DNA from: an uncultured Christensenella sp.
Lineage (GTDB): Bacteria > Bacillota > Clostridia > Christensenellales > Aristaeellaceae
Direction: 5' to 3'
Length of the DNA stretch: 58,157 nucleotides
NCBI GenBank assembly: GCA_964480995.1
Contig: CAYZRZ010000001.1
Span: 1-58,157 of the forward strand
Position numbers and translations under genes: made by a program. How positions within the stretch are numbered: position 1 is the first letter of the stretch; each line of letters starts with the position of its first letter. This document shows positions 54,114 to 58,157 of the stretch, one piece after another. The notes beneath the pieces were generated by a model, which saw only the letters and a list, made by a program, of their open reading frames with translations, ran no database searches and was not told the DNA's origin.

Positions 54114-55379
54114 ATGATACAAGCGCCAAAGGGAACAAAGGACTGTCTGCCGCAGGACAGCTACAGGTTTCAGTATGTTGAGAGCATCATGCGCAAGCAT
54201 GCCGCGCTTTCAGGCTACCGCGAGGTACGCACCCCTGTGTTTGAGCATACGGAGCTTTTTCTTCGCGGTGTCGGGGACACAACCGATATCGTTCAAAAAG
54301 AGATGTATACCTTCAATGACAAGGGCGGGCGTTCTATTACCCTCAAGCCGGAAGGCACGGCGGGAGCCGTGCGCGCCTTGATCGAAGGGAAGCTCTACGC
54401 GCAGGCTCAGCCGGTGAAAATGTATTATATCAATAACCCGATTTTTCGCTACGAGAACCCTCAGCACGGCAGGCTGCGTGAACATCATCAGTTTGGCATG
54501 GAGTGCTTTGGCGCCAGAGAGCCTTCCGCTGACGCGGAGCTGATTGCGGGCTTGCTCAATATGCTTGCCGAGCTGGGGCTTGACGATCTGACAGTCAATA
54601 TTAACTCCATTGGCTGCCCGCAATGCCGCCCTGTGTATCATCAAAGGCTTCGGGAGTATCTGGCCGGCCAAATGGATCAACTCTGCGATAACTGCAGGGA
54701 GCGCTTTGACAGGAACCCGCTGCGCGTACTTGACTGCAAGGAAACAGGCTGCAAGCGCGTGGTCAAAAACGCGCCGGTCATTGTAGATACGCTATGCGGT
54801 GAGTGCGCCGGGCATTTTGAAGGGCTGAAGGGCCTGCTGGACGCGGTAAAAGTCAGCTATCAGATCGATCCGCTGATTGTGCGCGGGCTTGATTACTATA
54901 CCAAAACCGTGTTTGAGATCATTATGCATGGCCAGCGCGAGGGCCTTGCCCTCTGCGGCGGCGGACGCTATGACGGTCTGGTGGAGCAGCTGGATGGACC
55001 GCCGCTTGCGGGAGTTGGCTTCGGCATCGGTATTGAGCGAATATTGATGGAACTTGACACGAAAGGCATTGCCCTGCCCCAGCCTCCGCTCTATCACGCA
55101 TATGTCGCCAACATCGCGCCTGACGACTTTGTGAGGGCTTTTGAACTGGTGCTTGCCCTTCGGGGACGAGGCATCCAGGCAGATTGCGATCACACCGGGA
55201 GGAACCTTCGCGCGCAGTTCAAATATGCCAATAAGCAGGGTATCCGTGTGATGGCAATCGTCGGGGGTGAAGAGTGGGAGCGGGGCAATATCAAACTGAG
55301 GGATATGCAAACCGGGGAAGAAACGGAAGTGCCCGCGCAAAACGCGCTTGAGACAATCGAAAATATGTTGAAAGGTTGA
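54114..55379 (+). CDS. hisS: Histidine--tRNA ligase
   Basis: MIQAPKGTKD, FRYENPQHGRLREHHQFG (class II motif 2) and GGGRYDGL (motif 3). Confidence 0.95.
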   Translation: MIQAPKGTKDCLPQDSYRFQYVESIMRKHAALSGYREVRTPVFEHTELFLRGVGDTTDIVQKEMYTFNDKGGRSITLKPEGTAGAVRALIEGKLYAQAQPVKMYYINNPIFRYENPQHGRLREHHQFGMECFGAREPSADAELIAGLLNMLAELGLDDLTVNINSIGCPQCRPVYHQRLREYLAGQMDQLCDNCRERFDRNPLRVLDCKETGCKRVVKNAPVIVDTLCGECAGHFEGLKGLLDAVKVSYQIDPLIVRGLDYYTKTVFEIIMHGQREGLALCGGGRYDGLVEQLDGPPLAGVGFGIGIERILMELDTKGIALPQPPLYHAYVANIAPDDFVRAFELVLALRGRGIQADCDHTGRNLRAQFKYANKQGIRVMAIVGGEEWERGNIKLRDMQTGEETEVPAQNALETIENMLKG

Positions 55380-55386
55380 TTAAAAG

Positions 55387-57186
55387 ATGGCAGAGTTTTT
55401 AGGCGGATGGAAACGAGACCTGCGCTGCGGTGAAGTGAGCGAGGCATTGGCCGGCCGGCAGGTGACCCTGATGGGATGGGTTCAGCGTTCCCGCAACATG
55501 GGCGGCGTGATCTTTGTGTGGCTGCGCGATGTGTCCGGTATTGTACAGGCAGTCTTCAACGCGGACAAATTGGACCAAAAGACGTTTGAACTGGGTGTTT
55601 CTCTGCGCTCGGAATATGTTGTGGCATTGAAGGGCGAGGTCGCCCTGCGCGACGCCTCCGCTGTCAATGAACAAATGGCGACCGGAAAAGTCGAAGTGCT
55701 GGTCAAGGAAGCCAAGCTTTTAAACGCGGCTGAGACACCGCCCATCTACGTTGAGGACGGCGCCAAGGACAACGAAGCCATTCGTCTGAAGTACAGGTAC
55801 CTTGACCTGCGAAAGCCTTCCATGCAGCAGATCATGATCAGCCGTTCCAAGGTGACCACCGCCATCCGTGAGCATATGATCAGCCAGGGATTCACTGAAA
55901 TTGAAACACCAATACTGACCAAGTCGACGCCTGAAGGCGCGCGTGATTTTCTGGTACCCAGCCGGATTCATACGGGAGAATGCTATGCCCTGCCGCAAAG
56001 CCCCCAGATCTATAAGCAGCTTCTGATGCTGGGCGGTATGGACAGATACTTCCAGGTAGCCCGCTGCTTCCGTGATGAGGACAGCCGGGCTGACCGGCAG
56101 CCGGAGTTTACACAGCTGGATCTGGAAATGAGCTTTGTTGAGCCTAAGGACATACAGGCTGTGGTGGAAGGCGCTTTTGCCGCCGTATTCCGCAAGGTAA
56201 AGGGAATTGAGCTTCAGCTGCCCCTGCCTCGAATGACCTGGAAGGACGCTATGGAGCAGTACGGAAGCGATAAGCCCGATACCCGTTACGGCATGAAAAT
56301 ATCAACGGTAAACGAGCTGGTAAGAGGCTGCGGCTTCTCTGTCTTTGAGCAGGCTGTGGAGCAGGGAAATACCGTTTGCGCCATCACGGCCAAAAAGGCA
56401 GCCGGTCATCTGAGCCGCAAGGAGATGGATGCTCTGGGCGAGTATGCCAAGACCTACCACGTGAAGGGTTTGGCCTGGCTTGCGCTGGGTGAAGACGGGG
56501 CGGTCCGTTCTTCCTTCGCAAAGTTCTTCTCTGAAGAAAAGTTAAAAGAGCTTCTTTCATGCATGGAAGTCGAACCGGGGGACGCGCTGTTCCTGATCGC
56601 TGACAAGAAGCTGATCGCGCTTAACGCCATGGGCCAGCTTCGCGCCAAGCTGGCGCGTGATCTGGGCCTGATCGATAAGAGCAAATACAACCTTCTGTGG
56701 ATCACCGAGTTTCCGCTGCTTGAGTGGAACGAAGAAGAGCAGCGCTTCCAGGCGGCTCACCACCCCTTCACGATGCCGATGGAAGAAGACTTTGAACTGA
56801 TGCAGGAGCATCCCGAGCTGACGCGGGCTCAATCCTACGATCTGGTACTCAACGGCATCGAGATGGGCTCAGGATCCATCCGTATTCATGCCAGTGACTT
56901 GCAGGAGAAGATGTTCAGTCTTCTTGGCTTTACCCATGAAGAAGCGTGGAAGCGCTTTGGATTCCTGCTGGAAGCCTTCAAGTATGGCACCCCCCCGCAT
57001 GGCGGATTCGCCTTTGGCATCGACAGGCTGATGATGATGCTGACAGGCGCTGAAAGCCTGCGTGATGTGATCCCGTTCCCCAAGGCGCAAAACGCCGCTT
57101 GCCTGATGATGGATACGCCCAGCATTGTGGCCGATGAGGCCCTTAAGATGCTGCATATGCATTTTGACGAAGAAGTGAAAGGCTGA
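55387..57186 (+). CDS. aspS: Aspartate--tRNA ligase
   Basis: N-terminal OB fold, FRDEDSRADRQPEFTQLD, and the GGFAFGIDRL motif 3. At 599 aa it is the bacterial type with the insertion domain. Confidence 0.97.
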   Translation: MAEFLGGWKRDLRCGEVSEALAGRQVTLMGWVQRSRNMGGVIFVWLRDVSGIVQAVFNADKLDQKTFELGVSLRSEYVVALKGEVALRDASAVNEQMATGKVEVLVKEAKLLNAAETPPIYVEDGAKDNEAIRLKYRYLDLRKPSMQQIMISRSKVTTAIREHMISQGFTEIETPILTKSTPEGARDFLVPSRIHTGECYALPQSPQIYKQLLMLGGMDRYFQVARCFRDEDSRADRQPEFTQLDLEMSFVEPKDIQAVVEGAFAAVFRKVKGIELQLPLPRMTWKDAMEQYGSDKPDTRYGMKISTVNELVRGCGFSVFEQAVEQGNTVCAITAKKAAGHLSRKEMDALGEYAKTYHVKGLAWLALGEDGAVRSSFAKFFSEEKLKELLSCMEVEPGDALFLIADKKLIALNAMGQLRAKLARDLGLIDKSKYNLLWITEFPLLEWNEEEQRFQAAHHPFTMPMEEDFELMQEHPELTRAQSYDLVLNGIEMGSGSIRIHASDLQEKMFSLLGFTHEEAWKRFGFLLEAFKYGTPPHGGFAFGIDRLMMMLTGAESLRDVIPFPKAQNAACLMMDTPSIVADEALKMLHMHFDEEVKG

Positions 57187-57199
57187 TCTGCTCCAAACG

Positions 57200-58096
57200 A
57201 TGCTTCACGAAATCGGCCCCCTGCGCCTGGACAATGCCTTTTATGCTCATGACGTACAGAATGGCGATACCATACTGTGCTTTCAAGGCGATGCTCTCCT
57301 GCTGAGAAACAGCGGGGAGGGCATCGCTTACCCTGTCTTTGACGCGGTGAAGATGAACGCGTCCCGCTGTATCTACTTATTTTCCATTGATTCACAGCGT
57401 TTCTTTCTCTCTTTTCGGCCTGTATGGGCGCCTGGCTTCCGTTTCTCCCCCGTACAGTCGCTCAGAACCGCCGTTCCGCAGCACATCGCTTTCGCCGGAA
57501 CCATCGGACATCACCTGTATCGCTGGTACCGCGCCAGAAAGTATTGCGGAGTTTGCGGCCGCAGGGAGGTTCATGACAAAAAGGAGCGTATGCTGCTGTG
57601 TCCGGCCTGCGGGAATAAGGAATATCCGCAGATCATGCCGGCAGTGATCGTCGGTGTCATTGACGGCAATAAACTGCTGCTGACAAAGTATGCCGCGCGC
57701 GGCAATCAGCCTTCCAGCCAGCGCCAGGCCCTTGTGGCCGGGTTTACCGAAATAGGTGAAACCCTCGAAGAAACGGTCCGGCGAGAGGTGCGCGAGGAGA
57801 CTGGCCTTGAGGTTGGTGACATCACTTACTATAAAAGCCAGCCCTGGGCCTTTACCGGCTCGCTTCTTTCAGGGTTCTTTGCCCGGGTAATGGGCGGCAA
57901 TCAGGTAACGCTTGATGAAGAGGAGCTTTCGCAGGCCGTTTTCGTCGCCCGCGAGGACATAGATGTCCCATATACCAATATAGCGCTTACCAATGAAATG
58001 ATCTGTCTATTCCGTGACCTGGGCCCAGAACCGCTTTTGAGGGATGATCCTCTGCGCCGGACGCCATATGGGCAAGCGGAGCCCGGGGTACAATAA
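57200..58096 (+). CDS. nudC: NAD(+)/NADH diphosphatase, Nudix family with zinc ribbon (NudC-like)
   Basis: A zinc ribbon CGVCG...CPACG, the Nudix box GFTEIGETLEETVRREVREETGL, and a NudC-type SQPWAFTGS motif. Confidence 0.85.
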   Translation: MLHEIGPLRLDNAFYAHDVQNGDTILCFQGDALLLRNSGEGIAYPVFDAVKMNASRCIYLFSIDSQRFFLSFRPVWAPGFRFSPVQSLRTAVPQHIAFAGTIGHHLYRWYRARKYCGVCGRREVHDKKERMLLCPACGNKEYPQIMPAVIVGVIDGNKLLLTKYAARGNQPSSQRQALVAGFTEIGETLEETVRREVREETGLEVGDITYYKSQPWAFTGSLLSGFFARVMGGNQVTLDEEELSQAVFVAREDIDVPYTNIALTNEMICLFRDLGPEPLLRDDPLRRTPYGQAEPGVQ

Positions 58097-58125
58097 TACA
58101 GGCCTTGAGTTTCCGTATAACGCGA

Positions 58126-58147
58126 ACCGAGAGCATACCGAGAGCAT
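58126..58147. repeat. Perfect tandem 11-mer (ACCGAGAGCAT x2)
   Basis: Read directly: 58126-58136 is identical to 58137-58147, in the intergenic sequence at the window edge. Confidence 0.6.
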
Positions 58148-58157
58148 AATCTAATGG

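Noticed and set aside
1-58157. Scan for CRISPR arrays, rRNA/tRNA genes, IS/transposase/integrase/phage genes and toxin-antitoxin pairs.
   Set aside because: No regularly spaced repeats, no tRNA-like cloverleaf candidates in the intergenic regions I read, and no ORF with transposase, integrase or phage motifs. The intergenic space is almost fully accounted for by promoters, terminators and two riboswitch-class leaders.

Overview
This is a gene-dense, GC-rich chromosomal segment (my impression is mid-50s % GC; I did not compute it). Its hallmarks point to a Bacillota (Clostridia-type) genome: a CtsR-McsA-McsB-ClpC operon with a CtsR heptad operator, a T-box leader, a tandem glycine riboswitch, split gcvPA/gcvPB, ComEC, and mreBCD-PBP2-minD-rodA next to a dcw cluster.

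Gene order:
- + strand: rpsB-tsf-pyrH, unknown membrane protein, dusB, a purine-type phosphoribosyltransferase, guaA, an AAC(3)-family acetyltransferase, an AzgA/PbuG-type purine permease, MBL hydrolase, CPBP protease, MBL hydrolase, comEC, holA, rsmG.
- - strand, one tightly packed five-gene block: YdjG-like zinc-ribbon protein, YdjH-like TPM protein, MrfA/YprA-like DUF1998 helicase, aldehyde dehydrogenase, TrmH-family methyltransferase.
- + strand: ctsR-mcsA-mcsB-clpC, metG-tatD, maf-mreB-mreC-mreD-PBP2-minD-rodA, a double zinc-ribbon acidic protein, a metallophosphoesterase, mraZ-ftsL-murE-mraY-murD-ftsQ-ftsA-ftsZ, then glycine riboswitch-gcvT-gcvH-gcvPA-gcvPB.
- - strand: pgi.
- + strand: T-box-hisS-aspS-nudC.

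I see no rRNA or tRNA genes, CRISPR arrays, transposases, integrases, phage genes or recognisable defence islands. The window is overwhelmingly core housekeeping. I cannot confidently claim a new multi-gene system.

The leads I consider most worth follow-up are:
1. The five-gene minus-strand operon, which joins a membrane-stress-type YdjG/YdjH pair to a DNA-repair helicase whose stop overlaps the start of an aldehyde dehydrogenase.
2. An McsB homologue that lacks the canonical phosphagen-kinase signature residues.
3. An AAC(3)-family gene whose conserved N-terminus lies upstream of any canonical start codon.
4. Nested inverted repeats abutting the purine permease promoter.
5. A T-box in front of hisS-aspS that reads as Asp-specific.
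6. An orphan minD and a stripped-down dcw cluster lacking rsmH, ftsI, murF, ftsW and murG.

All family assignments come from reading the motifs in the supplied translations. No database search was run.
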